Source: Actinomycetota bacterium (GTDB taxonomy: Bacteria; Actinomycetota; UBA4738; HRBIN12). Taken from it: DNA of 60,997 bases. Both the position numbers and the translations under genes were made by a program. The stretch is taken from assembly GCA_040511595.1 (NCBI GenBank), contig JBEVGU010000101.1, positions 1-60,997 of the forward strand, written 5' to 3'. The first letter of the stretch is position 1. Each line of letters begins with the position of its first letter. The notes beneath the pieces are model-generated. The model ran no database searches and was not told the DNA's origin. It worked only from the letters and a program-made list of their open reading frames with translations. Shown here piece by piece: positions 38,987-48,568 of this stretch.

Positions 38987-40096
38987 TCAGCGAGGGCTCC
39001 GATCCACGAACGGGGGCCGGACCACCTCCGTCGATCCCCTGCGGCCCCGGATGTCGACCTCGACCGTGTCGCCGGCGGACGCCACGTCGGCCGGCCACAC
39101 GTAGGCGAGCCCGATGCCCTTCTGCAGCAGCGGCGAGAACGTGCCCGAGGTGACCTCACCGATGAGCTGGTCGCCCCGGAAGACCGGGTAGTGCGCCCTC
39201 GGGATGTGCCGACGCTCGCGCATGCGCAAGCCGACCAGGCGGCTCGGCAGCCCCGACTCTCGCTGACGCACCAGCGATTCGCGGCCCCGGAACTCCCCCT
39301 TGGCGAACGACACGGCCCACGAGAGCCCGGCCTCGAGGGCGGTCACGGACTCGAACAGGTCCTGACCGTAGAGCGGATACCCCATCTCCAACCGGAGCAC
39401 GTCCCGAGCCGCGAGACCGCACGGCATGCCTCCGAACGGTTCCATCGCCTCGCCCAGGTCGGCCCACAGCTCGCCGGCCACGTCTTGGTACGTGAACAGC
39501 TCGAACCCGACCTCGCCCGTGTAGCCGGACCGTGTGACGACGAGCGGACGGCGCCGGTACTCCGTCTCGGCGCACTGCATGAACGCGAGGCCCCCGGCCT
39601 CCGGGAACAGGCGCTCCAGCACGTGCACGGAATCAGGGCCCTGCACCGCGAGGAAGCACCAGTCCTGGTGGTACATGAGGTGGAGCCGGTCCTCGGCCGG
39701 GGTCTCCTCGAGGATCCGCAGCACCCGCTGGGCGTTCGCGGCGTTCGGCACCACGAAATAGCGGCTGTCCTCGAGGCGATAGACGATGAGGTCTTCGATC
39801 ACGCCCCCGCCCTCGTTCAGCACGAGGTTGTAGAGCGCTTCCCCCACCGATGCTTTCCGGAGGTCGTTCGTGACGACCCGCTGGAGCATCCCGAGGGCTC
39901 CGGGGCCGGCGACCTCGACCTTGCCGAGGTGGGTGAGATCGAAGATGCCGACCCGCTCCCGAACCGCCTGATGTTCCCGGAGTGCACCTGCGTACTCGAT
40001 CGGCATCAGCCAGCCGGCGAACGGCCCCATCTTCGCCCCGAGCGCCTCGTGGACGACCTCCAACGGCGTATGCTTCAGCTCCTCGGAATCGTCCAT
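38987..40096 (-). CDS. gcvT: Glycine cleavage system T protein (aminomethyltransferase)
   Basis: ORF 38987..40096. Motifs: GWLMPIEY, GIFDLTHLGKVEV, SGYTGEVGFE. Confidence 0.9.
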   Translation of the reverse strand: MDDSEELKHTPLEVVHEALGAKMGPFAGWLMPIEYAGALREHQAVRERVGIFDLTHLGKVEVAGPGALGMLQRVVTNDLRKASVGEALYNLVLNEGGGVIEDLIVYRLEDSRYFVVPNAANAQRVLRILEETPAEDRLHLMYHQDWCFLAVQGPDSVHVLERLFPEAGGLAFMQCAETEYRRRPLVVTRSGYTGEVGFELFTYQDVAGELWADLGEAMEPFGGMPCGLAARDVLRLEMGYPLYGQDLFESVTALEAGLSWAVSFAKGEFRGRESLVRQRESGLPSRLVGLRMRERRHIPRAHYPVFRGDQLIGEVTSGTFSPLLQKGIGLAYVWPADVASAGDTVEVDIRGRRGSTEVVRPPFVDRSPR

Positions 40097-40104
40097 CGGC
40101 GGGC

Positions 40105-40110
40105 ATCGTA
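40105..40110 (-). promoter_or_regulatory. -10 hexamer TACGAT, 8 nt upstream of gcvT ATG 40096 (leaderless-type)
   Basis: The minus strand reads TACGAT-GCCCGCCG-ATG. Confidence 0.4.
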
Positions 40111-40130
40111 GCCGCTCCGGATATCCTGAG

Positions 40131-40136
40131 TAGACT
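40131..40136 (+). promoter_or_regulatory. -10 hexamer TAGACT, 10 nt upstream of lpd ATG 40147
   Basis: TAGACT-GGCTCGTCGG-ATG. It is divergent from the gcvT -10 box. Confidence 0.35.
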
Positions 40137-40146
40137 GGCTCGTCGG

Positions 40147-41529
40147 ATGGGTGACGCGTACGACGTAGCCGTGGTCGGAGGCGGGACGGCGGGGTATTCC
40201 GCCGCCCTTCGCGCCGCGCAGCTCGGGCGCCGCGTCGCCCTGATCGAGCGCGACGACCGCATCGGCGGCACCTGTCTGATCAGGGGCTGCATCCCGACCA
40301 AGGCGCTCCTGCAATCGGCGGCGGTGCTGGACGCCGTGAATCGCTCCGACGAGTGGGGCATCAAGGCATCGGGCGAACCCGACTGGTCGGCCGTGAAGGC
40401 CTTCGAGGACTCGGTCGTCGACAAGCTGGTGAAGGGCGTGACCGGCCTGGTGAAGGCCCGGAAGATCGACGTCGTGCAGGGGCTCGCGCGACTGGTGCCC
40501 GGGTCAACCGCCCTCGACGTGAACGAGGCGCGGATCGACGCGAGCGACATCGTGATCGCCACCGGTTCCACCCCCAAGCTGCTGCCGGGGTTGTCAATCA
40601 CCGACCGGATCATCACGAGCGATCAGGCGCTCTGGTACGACCGCATCCCGATGTCGGTCGTCGTGATCGGTGCGGGAGCGGTCGGGCTCGAGTTCGCCTC
40701 GTTCTATCGGTCGTTCGGCGCCGAGGTCACGCTCCTCGAGGCGCTGCCCCGCCTCGCACCGCTCGAGGACGAGGAGGTCTCCACGGAGATCGCGCGCGCG
40801 TACCGCAAGCGGGGCATCACCACGGAGGCCGGCGCCTCGGTGCAGAACGTGAAGGACACGGGCGAGGCGGTCGAGGTCACCTACGACGCCGGCAAGGGCA
40901 CGGTCACGACGCTCGCCGACGTCTGTCTCGTGGCGACCGGCCGGGGACCGGTGACGGAGGGGCTCGGCCTCGCCGAGGCGGGCGTCGACACCCACGAGAA
41001 GGGCTTCGTGGACGTCGATCCCATGCTGCGGACGAATGTTGACCACGTCTGGGCGATCGGCGACGTCGCGTCGACCCCCCTGCAGCTCGCCCACGTCGCC
41101 TTCACCGAGGGCTACGCGGTCGCGGAGCGGGTCAGCGGACTCGACGTGCCGGAGATCGACTACGTGAACATCCCGAAGGTCACCTACTGCACCCCCGAGA
41201 TCGCGAGCGTCGGCTTCACCGAGGGGCAGGCCCGCGAGGCGGGCATGGAGGTCGTGACCGAGAAGGTGGACTTCCGTGGCATCGGCAAGGCGAACATGCT
41301 CCGCGAGGGGGGATTCGTGAAGCTCGTCGCCGAGGCCGGCGGCCCGGTGCGGGGGGTGCACACGATCGGGCCTCACGTGACCGACCTGATCGCCGAGGGC
41401 ATGTTGATCACGAACTGGGAGGCGTTGCCCGACGAGGTCGCGGCGATGATGCATCCGCACCCGTCCTTGTCCGAGGGGATCGGCGAGGCGCACCTCGCGC
41501 TCGCCGGAAAGCCCCTGCACACCCCGTGA
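40147..41529 (+). CDS. lpd: Dihydrolipoyl dehydrogenase (E3)
   Basis: 3' part of ORF 39982..41529 from ATG 40147. Motifs: VVGGGTAGY, redox Cys GGTCLIRGCIPTK, HPHPSLSE. Confidence 0.9.
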   Translation: MGDAYDVAVVGGGTAGYSAALRAAQLGRRVALIERDDRIGGTCLIRGCIPTKALLQSAAVLDAVNRSDEWGIKASGEPDWSAVKAFEDSVVDKLVKGVTGLVKARKIDVVQGLARLVPGSTALDVNEARIDASDIVIATGSTPKLLPGLSITDRIITSDQALWYDRIPMSVVVIGAGAVGLEFASFYRSFGAEVTLLEALPRLAPLEDEEVSTEIARAYRKRGITTEAGASVQNVKDTGEAVEVTYDAGKGTVTTLADVCLVATGRGPVTEGLGLAEAGVDTHEKGFVDVDPMLRTNVDHVWAIGDVASTPLQLAHVAFTEGYAVAERVSGLDVPEIDYVNIPKVTYCTPEIASVGFTEGQAREAGMEVVTEKVDFRGIGKANMLREGGFVKLVAEAGGPVRGVHTIGPHVTDLIAEGMLITNWEALPDEVAAMMHPHPSLSEGIGEAHLALAGKPLHTP

Positions 41530-42611
41530 AGGAGAGCGTCACCGTGGCGACCGAGGTCGAGCCCAACGCTCCCGCCCGCACGGGCGGCGACCGGCCCCTG
41601 CCCGACGACGGGCTGGTCGACATGCTGCACATGCTGAAGCTCTGCCGCTACTTCGACGAGCGGATGGAGGCGCTGTACCGCCAGGGACGACTCCCGGGTG
41701 CGATCTACTCCGGACGGGGACAGGAAGGCACCCACGTCGGCGTCGCGTGGGCGCTGCAAGAGGACGACGCCCTCTTCCCGACGCATCGCGACCTGTCCGC
41801 GCAGCTGGCGAAGGGCCTCGACCTGAACCGGGTGATGGCGCAGTTCTGGGGGCGCATCGACGGCTACACGCGTGGTCGGGACGGCAACAGCCACGTCGGA
41901 GACTGGGCCGGGAACAACACGTTCACCGTCATGTCGCATCTGCCCATCGCCTACCCAGTGGCCGCCGGGGCGGCCCTGGCCTACAAGATGAAGCGCGAGC
42001 CGAGGGTCGCCCTGGCGATATGTGGGGAAGGCGCCACGTCGAACGGGCGGTGGCACGAGTCGCTCAACACCTCGGCGATCTTCCGCCTGCCCGTCGTCTG
42101 GGTCGTGAACAACAACCAGTTCGCGTACTCGGCCCCGAACCCGCTGGAATTCCCCACGCCGACGATCGCCGAGCGGGCGGCCGCCTACGGCATGCCGGGC
42201 GTCCGGGTCGACGGGGGCAACGTGCTCGAGGTGTTCGAGGCGACCAGGGCGGCCGCCGAGCGCGCTCGCACGGGCGAGGGCCCCACCTTGATTGAGTCGG
42301 TCTCGCTGCGCTGGCGCGGACACGCGGGTCACGACCCCGCGAAGTACATGCCCGGCGAGCTGCTCGAGGAATACATGGCCAATCACGACCCCGTCCGCAA
42401 CTTCGAGGAATACCTGCTCGCCGAGGGCGTGGTGACCAAGGAGGACGTCGACGGCCTGGCGCAGCGGATCGAGGGGGAGTTCGAAGCCGGCTACGAGTTC
42501 GCGCTCGCGTCCCCGTTCCCCGAGCCGGGCGACGCGACCAAGGGGATGTGGGTCGAGGACGGCTATTGGACGAGCGAGCCCGGCCGCAACGGAGGCACGG
42601 AGGTCACCTGA
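41526..42611 (+). CDS. 2-oxoacid (pyruvate/branched-chain) dehydrogenase E1 alpha subunit, copy 1
   Basis: ORF 41526..42611. GTG 41526 overlaps the lpd stop (GTGA). An alternative GTG 41544 lies 9 nt after AAGGAG. TPP motif GEGATSNGRWHESLN. Confidence 0.85.
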   Translation: MKESVTVATEVEPNAPARTGGDRPLPDDGLVDMLHMLKLCRYFDERMEALYRQGRLPGAIYSGRGQEGTHVGVAWALQEDDALFPTHRDLSAQLAKGLDLNRVMAQFWGRIDGYTRGRDGNSHVGDWAGNNTFTVMSHLPIAYPVAAGAALAYKMKREPRVALAICGEGATSNGRWHESLNTSAIFRLPVVWVVNNNQFAYSAPNPLEFPTPTIAERAAAYGMPGVRVDGGNVLEVFEATRAAAERARTGEGPTLIESVSLRWRGHAGHDPAKYMPGELLEEYMANHDPVRNFEEYLLAEGVVTKEDVDGLAQRIEGEFEAGYEFALASPFPEPGDATKGMWVEDGYWTSEPGRNGGTEVT

Positions 42612-43660
42612 TGGCGACGGCACAGGTGGTGGAAGCGGGCGCCGCCGGCCATGGAGCCGAGCCGCGCGGCAAGCGGGGCGAGGACGGGCAGGCGACCTAT
42701 CTGATCGCGATCGCCGAAGCGTTGTGGGAAGAGATGGAGCGCGACGAGCGCGTCTACATGCTCGGCGAGGACATCGGCGTCTACGGCGGGGCGTTCAAGG
42801 TCACCGAAGGCTTCCTCGACCGCTTCGGCGCCGAGCGGGTACTCGACACGCCGATCGCCGAAGAGACGATCGTCGGCATGTCCGTGGGTTCGGCCATGGA
42901 AGGGCTCCGGCCGGTCGCGGAGTTCCAGTACGCCGACTTCATGTCGTCGGGATTCGACGAGATCTCCACGGTCCTCGGGCGCTACCACTATCGCTCGGGC
43001 GTCCCGCTGCCCGTGGTGCTGCGCGGACCGTCCGGTGGTTATGTACGCGCGTCCTCGTTCCACTCGGTGAACCCCGAGCCGTGGTTCGCCTACGGGGGCG
43101 GCATCAAGATCGTGTGCCCGGCGTTCCCTGCCGACGCGAAGGGCCTGATGAAGTCGGCCGTGCGCGACGACAACCCCGTGATGTTCCTCGAGCACAAGTG
43201 GATCTACCGTCGCATCAAGGAACAGGTCCCCACCGATCCCGACTTCCTCGTGCCGATCGGCTCGGCCGACGTGAAGCGTGAGGGGACCGACGTCTCCATC
43301 GTCACGTACGGCGCGCTCGTGCACAAGTCGTTGGAGGCGGCCGAGAACCTGGCGCAGCGTGGCATCTCCGCGGAGGTCGTCGACCTTCGCACGGTGCACC
43401 CGCTCGACGAGGAGACCGTGCTCGGATCGATCGCCAAGACGTCGCGGGCGCTCGTCGTGACCGAGAGCTACCGGTTCGTGGGCATCGGGGCCGAGGTCGG
43501 CGCCACGATCGCCGAGAAGGCGTTCGAGCACCTCGACGCGCCGGTGACACGCCTGTCGCCGCCGAACATGCCCGTCCCCTTTTCCCCCACGCTCGAGGAC
43601 GCGTTCCTGCCGCAGGTCGCCGACATCGAACGCACGGTCGAGGAGTTGTCCGCCTGGTGA
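42611..43660 (+). CDS. 2-oxoacid dehydrogenase E1 beta subunit, copy 1
   Basis: 3' part of ORF 42548..43660 from ATG 42611 (TGATG overlap). Motifs: VLDTPIAEE, PVAEFQYADF. Confidence 0.9.
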   Translation: MATAQVVEAGAAGHGAEPRGKRGEDGQATYLIAIAEALWEEMERDERVYMLGEDIGVYGGAFKVTEGFLDRFGAERVLDTPIAEETIVGMSVGSAMEGLRPVAEFQYADFMSSGFDEISTVLGRYHYRSGVPLPVVLRGPSGGYVRASSFHSVNPEPWFAYGGGIKIVCPAFPADAKGLMKSAVRDDNPVMFLEHKWIYRRIKEQVPTDPDFLVPIGSADVKREGTDVSIVTYGALVHKSLEAAENLAQRGISAEVVDLRTVHPLDEETVLGSIAKTSRALVVTESYRFVGIGAEVGATIAEKAFEHLDAPVTRLSPPNMPVPFSPTLEDAFLPQVADIERTVEELSAW

Positions 43661-43688
43661 TCCGCCTGTCGCGCGAGGGAGGAGTCAG

Positions 43689-45044
43689 ATGACCTCGATC
43701 CAGATGCCCCAGCTCGGCGAGACGATCATCGAGGGAACGATCCTGAAGTGGCTGAAGGCCGAGGGAGAGACCGTCGAGCGTGACGAACCGCTGTTCGAGA
43801 TCTCGACCGACAAGGTCGACACCGAGGTCCCGTCTCCGGTGGCGGGTACGGTCACCAAGATCCTCGTCGGCGAGGGCGAGACGGTGCCGGTCGGCACGGA
43901 ACTCGCGGAGGTCTCCACGGGGGACGGAGCGGGCGAGGCGGCCGCCGCCGCTCCGGCCGACGTCCCGGCCGTCGTTACCGCTTCCAACGCCGCGCCTGCC
44001 GCTGCTCCCGCGTCGTCCGAACCGACGACTCCCGCGACGACCCCACAGGCCCCGGCAGCCCCTCCCGCGCCCACCGACCGCGGACCGCGATCGCAGATCC
44101 TGTCTCCGCTCGTGCGCAAGCTTGCGCAGGAACACGGGCTCGACCTGTCGTCGATCGCAGGAACGGGCGCAGGTGGTCGGATCACCAAGGCCGACGTCAT
44201 GCAGGCGGTCTCGAGCGGGGCCGGAGCGGCCGCCCCGGCTCCCGGCCCGTCGTCAGCCGCCCCTGCCCAGGCGCCCGCGCCGACTCCCGCGCCTGCCGCT
44301 CCCGTCGCGGCTCCTCCGTCCGTCGGCGCGGCGGCGACCGGCGACGTCACGACCGCCCCCCTGTCGCATATCCGCAAGGCGATCGCGACGCACATGCTCG
44401 CGTCGGTGAACGAGACCGCCCGGGCGTGGACGATGGTCGAGGTCAACGTCGAGCACCTCGTTCGGCTCCGCCAGGACGTCAAGGACGCCTTCCTCGCCAC
44501 CCACGGCGTGAAGCTCACCTACCTGCCGTTCGCGGTGAGGGCCACGGTCGACGCGTTGAACGCCTATCCGCACGTGAACTCCCGCATCGAAGGCGAGAGC
44601 GTGGTCACGCCTCGCGCCGTGCACATGGGCATCGCGGTGAGCTACGACGCCGGACTGATCGTACCGGTGGTCAGGAACGCCGATGCGATGAACAGCGTAG
44701 GCATCGCGAGGGCGATCGCCGACCTCGCGGCGCGCGCCCGGGCGCATCAGCTGAAGCCCGACGAGGTGCAGGGAGCGACGTTCACGATCACCAATCCGGG
44801 CCCCTACGGCTCACTCCTGAGCGTGCCGATCATCAACCAGCCGAACGTGGGCATCCTGTCGCTCGACGGCATCCAGCGACGCCCGGTCGTCATCGAGGGC
44901 GACGCGATCGCCGTGCGCAGCATGGTCTACATCTCGATGTCCTGGGACCACCGCCTGATCGACGGTGAGATCGCCACGAGGTTCCTCGCCCGCGTCAAGC
45001 AGAACCTCGAGGGTTGGGACTTCGCAGAGGACCTGGGGGTCTGA
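43689..45044 (+). CDS. Dihydrolipoamide acyltransferase (E2): one lipoyl domain, PSBD, catalytic domain
   Basis: ORF 43689..45044 with a GGGAGGAG SD. Lipoyl-Lys motif EISTDKVDTEV, PSBD SPLVRKLAQEHGLDLS, catalytic DHRLIDG. Confidence 0.9.
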   Translation: MTSIQMPQLGETIIEGTILKWLKAEGETVERDEPLFEISTDKVDTEVPSPVAGTVTKILVGEGETVPVGTELAEVSTGDGAGEAAAAAPADVPAVVTASNAAPAAAPASSEPTTPATTPQAPAAPPAPTDRGPRSQILSPLVRKLAQEHGLDLSSIAGTGAGGRITKADVMQAVSSGAGAAAPAPGPSSAAPAQAPAPTPAPAAPVAAPPSVGAAATGDVTTAPLSHIRKAIATHMLASVNETARAWTMVEVNVEHLVRLRQDVKDAFLATHGVKLTYLPFAVRATVDALNAYPHVNSRIEGESVVTPRAVHMGIAVSYDAGLIVPVVRNADAMNSVGIARAIADLAARARAHQLKPDEVQGATFTITNPGPYGSLLSVPIINQPNVGILSLDGIQRRPVVIEGDAIAVRSMVYISMSWDHRLIDGEIATRFLARVKQNLEGWDFAEDLGV

Positions 45045-45049
45045 GGAAC

Positions 45050-45751
45050 GTGACCCGCGCGACCTGGCTCCTCGAACCGCCGGGTCCGGTGCCGTACGAG
45101 ACCGCCAACGAGGCCATGCACGACCTCGCCGAGCGACGCCTCTCCGATGCGGCGCCCGATTCGCTGATCCTGCTCGAGCACCCGCCTGTGTTCACGGCCG
45201 GGCGACGGGCCAAGCCCGAGCACCTCGTCTGGAGCGAACAGGAAGCTGTGGCGTACGGCGCGCAGGTGCACCACATCGACCGCGGGGGCTCGTTCACGTT
45301 CCACGGGCCGGGGCAGCTCGTCGGATACCCCATCCTGCACATCGGGGTCCGTCCCGACGCCGCCGGCTACCTGCGCTCCCTCGAGGAGGCCGTGATCCGC
45401 ACCGGGGCCGCGCTCGGGGTCGAGCTGCATCGTCGGGACGACGTGCAGACGGGCGTGTTCGCCGGCGACGACAAGATATGCGCGATCGGCGTGCGCCTGA
45501 TGCGCACGCGGGTCACCCTGCACGGGTTCGCGATCAACTGTGACACCGACCTGTCGTGGTTCGGCGGCATCGTCGCCTGCGGCCTCCCGAACAACGGCGT
45601 GACGTCGCTGTCGTTGCTGCTCGGGCGCGACGTCACCGTCGAGGAGGTCCGTCCGATCGTCCGCCGGAGCCTGGCGGAGGTGTTCGACCTCAGCTACGAG
45701 GCGGCTCCCGCGGACGAGATCGCTCGGTTCCGGTCTCCGCTCGTGGCCTGA
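45050..45751 (+). CDS. lipB: Octanoyltransferase (lipoyl(octanoyl) transferase)
   Basis: ORF 45014..45751 trimmed to GTG 45050. Motifs: LLEHPPVFTAG, RGGSFTFHGPGQLVGY, KICAIGV. Confidence 0.9.
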   Translation: MTRATWLLEPPGPVPYETANEAMHDLAERRLSDAAPDSLILLEHPPVFTAGRRAKPEHLVWSEQEAVAYGAQVHHIDRGGSFTFHGPGQLVGYPILHIGVRPDAAGYLRSLEEAVIRTGAALGVELHRRDDVQTGVFAGDDKICAIGVRLMRTRVTLHGFAINCDTDLSWFGGIVACGLPNNGVTSLSLLLGRDVTVEEVRPIVRRSLAEVFDLSYEAAPADEIARFRSPLVA

Positions 45752-45774
45752 GCACGCGTCCTGAGCACGCGTCC
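45749..45774. repeat. Perfect tandem duplication, 2 x 13 nt (TGAGCACGCGTCC), starting at the lipB stop codon
   Basis: Copies at 45749-45761 and 45762-45774 are identical, so the TGA stop is duplicated. Confidence 0.8.
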
Positions 45775-45818
45775 CGAGCGCGCGCGTTCCCGAAGGTCGC
45801 GTTCCACCGACGCTCGCA

Positions 45819-46565
45819 TCAGGTTCGGCCCGCGACGAGCGCGTAGCGAGGCAGGTGCTCGAGCCAGCCCAGCGGCCACGGCTCGTGCAGCCCGGCGGTC
45901 CACTCCACGTCGCGCAGACGACGGATGCGAACCCCTGTCCACCCCGCCTCGTAGACCGCCTCGACGAGCGGCGTCGGCGAGGACATACGCGCCAGCGGGA
46001 GGGAGGCGAGGACCTCGTCCGGGTACAGCGCATGATGGTGGTCCTCGGCGCCCATCACCCGGCGGACGACGTCGGCGATCGCGCGCTTCGCTCGGTGCGC
46101 GGTCGCCCTCGAACCCCAGAGACCCTCGAACAACACCACGCGGCCGCCAGGTGCCGTCACGTCACGCCAGGCGCGGAGCGCACCAGCCGGGTCAGGCATC
46201 GTCCACAGCACGTGCCGCTCCATCACGACGTCGAACGGACCCTCAGGGGGCGTCATGGCCGAACCGACCTCGAACGCGAGCTCGAGCCCCCGATCCTCGG
46301 CCTTCAGTCGCGCCTTCGACAGCATGCCCTCGGAGAGATCGAGCGCCGTCACCCGGTAGCCGAGCTCGGCTGCGAGCACGCTGAGCGACCCGGTTCCCGC
46401 CCCGACATCGAGGACGGCGGTGGGCGGCTCGGGAAGCGTGGCGCGGAGCGCGGCTCGCCACGCCGCCGCCTCCAGCGGATCGGAGACGGCATGGGAGGCT
46501 GAGCGGTCATACGTCTCCGCGTCGCGGTCCCAGAACTCCCGGATGCGGTCGTGGACGTCGGTCAT
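45819..46565 (-). CDS. Class I SAM-dependent methyltransferase
   Basis: 3' part of ORF 45819..47717 from ATG 46565. Motif I VLDVGAGTGSLS. Confidence 0.8.
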   Translation of the reverse strand: MTDVHDRIREFWDRDAETYDRSASHAVSDPLEAAAWRAALRATLPEPPTAVLDVGAGTGSLSVLAAELGYRVTALDLSEGMLSKARLKAEDRGLELAFEVGSAMTPPEGPFDVVMERHVLWTMPDPAGALRAWRDVTAPGGRVVLFEGLWGSRATAHRAKRAIADVVRRVMGAEDHHHALYPDEVLASLPLARMSSPTPLVEAVYEAGWTGVRIRRLRDVEWTAGLHEPWPLGWLEHLPRYALVAGRT

Positions 46566-46582
46566 CCCCCGCCTCTCTCGGA

Positions 46583-47401
46583 TCAGAACAGGCGAGCCGC
46601 GAGCTTGGGCCGGTACTCGGCCACCAACGGGTCGTCCCCGAGCGTCGCGAAGATGTCGACCATCGACTCGCGGGCGATCGTCGGTTCGTCGTCGAACCGG
46701 TCGAGCAATCCGTCGAGCGCCTCGCGCCACCGTGCAGAGGCGGCCGACCGTCGGGGTCCGGCGAGCGGCTCCGAGCCGTCGAGCGCGGCCCAGCCGTGCA
46801 CTCGGACCGTGGCCATGACGCGCTCGGAGTCGGGGTCGGGAAGGAACGGCTCGACGAGCGCCGCCGCCTGGTCGGTATCGCCGCGACCGACCAGGATGCG
46901 CGCGAGCCCGATCGCGGCTTCCCGATTCTCGGGGTCCTTCGCGAGCGCGTCGCGGTACCCGGCCTCCGCGGACGCGAGATCGCCGGCCGCCTCCTCGGCG
47001 AGGGCCTCGTCGGCCTCCACCTCGGCCTCTGTCGGCAGGAGCTCGTCGACGAAGCGGTTCACCTCCTGCTCGGGGTAGGCCCCGATGAACATGCTCACGG
47101 GCTGCCCGTCGCGGAACGCCACCACGGTCGGGATGCCTTGGCTCTGCACGGCCTGCAACAGCGCGTTGCCGACCGCATTGGCGTCGACGTCGAGCTTCGC
47201 GAGCAGGAACGCCCCGTCGCGCTCGGCCGCGACCTTCTCGAGGATCGGCCCGAGGGTTCTGCAGGGCGCGCACCACGACGCCCACATGTCGACCACGACG
47301 GGACGTTCGCTGGAGCCCTGGATCACGACCTGCTCGAAGTCGGCGTCGGTGACGTCGACCACGTGGTGCTCGGACGCGTTCATATCGTCTACGTCCCTCA
47401 T
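46583..47401 (-). CDS. Thioredoxin-domain / TPR co-chaperone-like protein (YbbN/CnoX architecture) with intact WCAPC
   Basis: ORF 46583..47401. N-terminal Trx fold (DMWASWCAPCRTL) followed by a helical TPR-like C-terminal half. Confidence 0.85.
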   Translation of the reverse strand: MRDVDDMNASEHHVVDVTDADFEQVVIQGSSERPVVVDMWASWCAPCRTLGPILEKVAAERDGAFLLAKLDVDANAVGNALLQAVQSQGIPTVVAFRDGQPVSMFIGAYPEQEVNRFVDELLPTEAEVEADEALAEEAAGDLASAEAGYRDALAKDPENREAAIGLARILVGRGDTDQAAALVEPFLPDPDSERVMATVRVHGWAALDGSEPLAGPRRSAASARWREALDGLLDRFDDEPTIARESMVDIFATLGDDPLVAEYRPKLAARLF

Positions 47402-47545
47402 GGTTCCAGGGTCTCACACGCTCGCGGGAGCGATACGCGCCCCTCATCCTTCGGCCATGCTCCCCACTCGAAGGGGGTCCCGCGCGCTGAGCTGGGGCAG
47501 GAGCCGGGTGTATGCTCGCGACACGGTGCGAGAGGGTTCGGGCAC

Positions 47546-48568
47546 GTGTCGACGAGGGTAGCGTCCGCCCCCCACGGGGCCCTCGGGCTGAGCGACGACG
47601 ACGTGCGGGAGATGTACCGCCTCGTCCTGACCGCCCGCCTGCTCGACGAGGCGGCGCTCCGTCAGAACCGCATGGGCCGAGCGGCGTTCGTCGTGCCCGC
47701 GGAAGGCCACGAGGCATGTCAGGTGGGCACCGCGTGGGCGATGCGCCGGGGCGTCGACGTCTGGATCCCCTACTACCGCGATGGTGCCCTGATGCTCACC
47801 GCCGGCATGACACCCTACGAGGTGTTCCTCGGCATCTTCGCCAAAGCCGCCGACCCCTCGTCGGGCGGACGACAGATGCCCTCGCACTGGGGACATCGCG
47901 ATCTCGGCATCATCACCGGCTCGTCGCCGATCGCGACACAGGTGCCGCATGCCGCCGGCATCGCGTACGCGATCAAGTACCGAGGGGAGGACGCGGTCGT
48001 GGCCTCCTGGTTCGGAGACGGCGCCACGAGCGCGGGTGATTGGCACGAGGGCCTCAACTTCGCCGGCATCCACCGCCTGCCGGTGATCTTCGTGTGCGAG
48101 AACAACCGGTACGCGATCAGCGTCCCGCAGTCCAAGCAGATGGCCGTCGAGAACGTCGCGGACCGCGCCGCGGCCTACGGCTTCCCCGGCGTGATCGTGG
48201 ACGGCAACGACGTGCTCGCGTGCTACGGCGCGATGAAGACCGCGCACGAGCGGGCGCGGGCCGGTGAGGGCCCGACCTTGATCGAGTGCAAGACGTACCG
48301 ATTCCTCGGCCACACCTCCGACGACGACGACAAGACGTACCGGACGCGCGACGAGGTCGAGGAGGCTCGGCATCACGATCCCCTGCAGGTCTTCGGGGAA
48401 TACGTGCGCTCCAACGGCCTGCTCGACGACGTCGGCGCCGAGGAGCTCCGCAGCAGGGTGAAGAGCGAGATCGACGAGGCGCTCGCGGCCGCCTGGGACG
48501 CGGAGGACCCGACGCCGGAGTCCGCGATGCGACACGTGTTCGCCGAGCCCGACGAGGGCGACGCGTGA
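47546..48568 (+). CDS. 2-oxoacid dehydrogenase E1 alpha subunit, copy 2
   Basis: 3' part of ORF 46796..48568 from GTG 47546 (GAGAGGG SD; TATGCT at 47511-47516). TPP motif GDGATSAGDWHEGLN. Confidence 0.85.
   Translation: MSTRVASAPHGALGLSDDDVREMYRLVLTARLLDEAALRQNRMGRAAFVVPAEGHEACQVGTAWAMRRGVDVWIPYYRDGALMLTAGMTPYEVFLGIFAKAADPSSGGRQMPSHWGHRDLGIITGSSPIATQVPHAAGIAYAIKYRGEDAVVASWFGDGATSAGDWHEGLNFAGIHRLPVIFVCENNRYAISVPQSKQMAVENVADRAAAYGFPGVIVDGNDVLACYGAMKTAHERARAGEGPTLIECKTYRFLGHTSDDDDKTYRTRDEVEEARHHDPLQVFGEYVRSNGLLDDVGAEELRSRVKSEIDEALAAAWDAEDPTPESAMRHVFAEPDEGDA

Noticed and set aside
40097-40146. Glycine riboswitch upstream of gcvT
   Set aside because: The intergenic region is only 50 nt and is occupied by two divergent -10 boxes. 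No glycine-riboswitch core sequence is present.
43900-44350. Ala/Pro-rich repetitive coding DNA in the E2 gene
   Set aside because: These are the standard flexible linkers between the lipoyl, PSBD and catalytic domains of E2 proteins.
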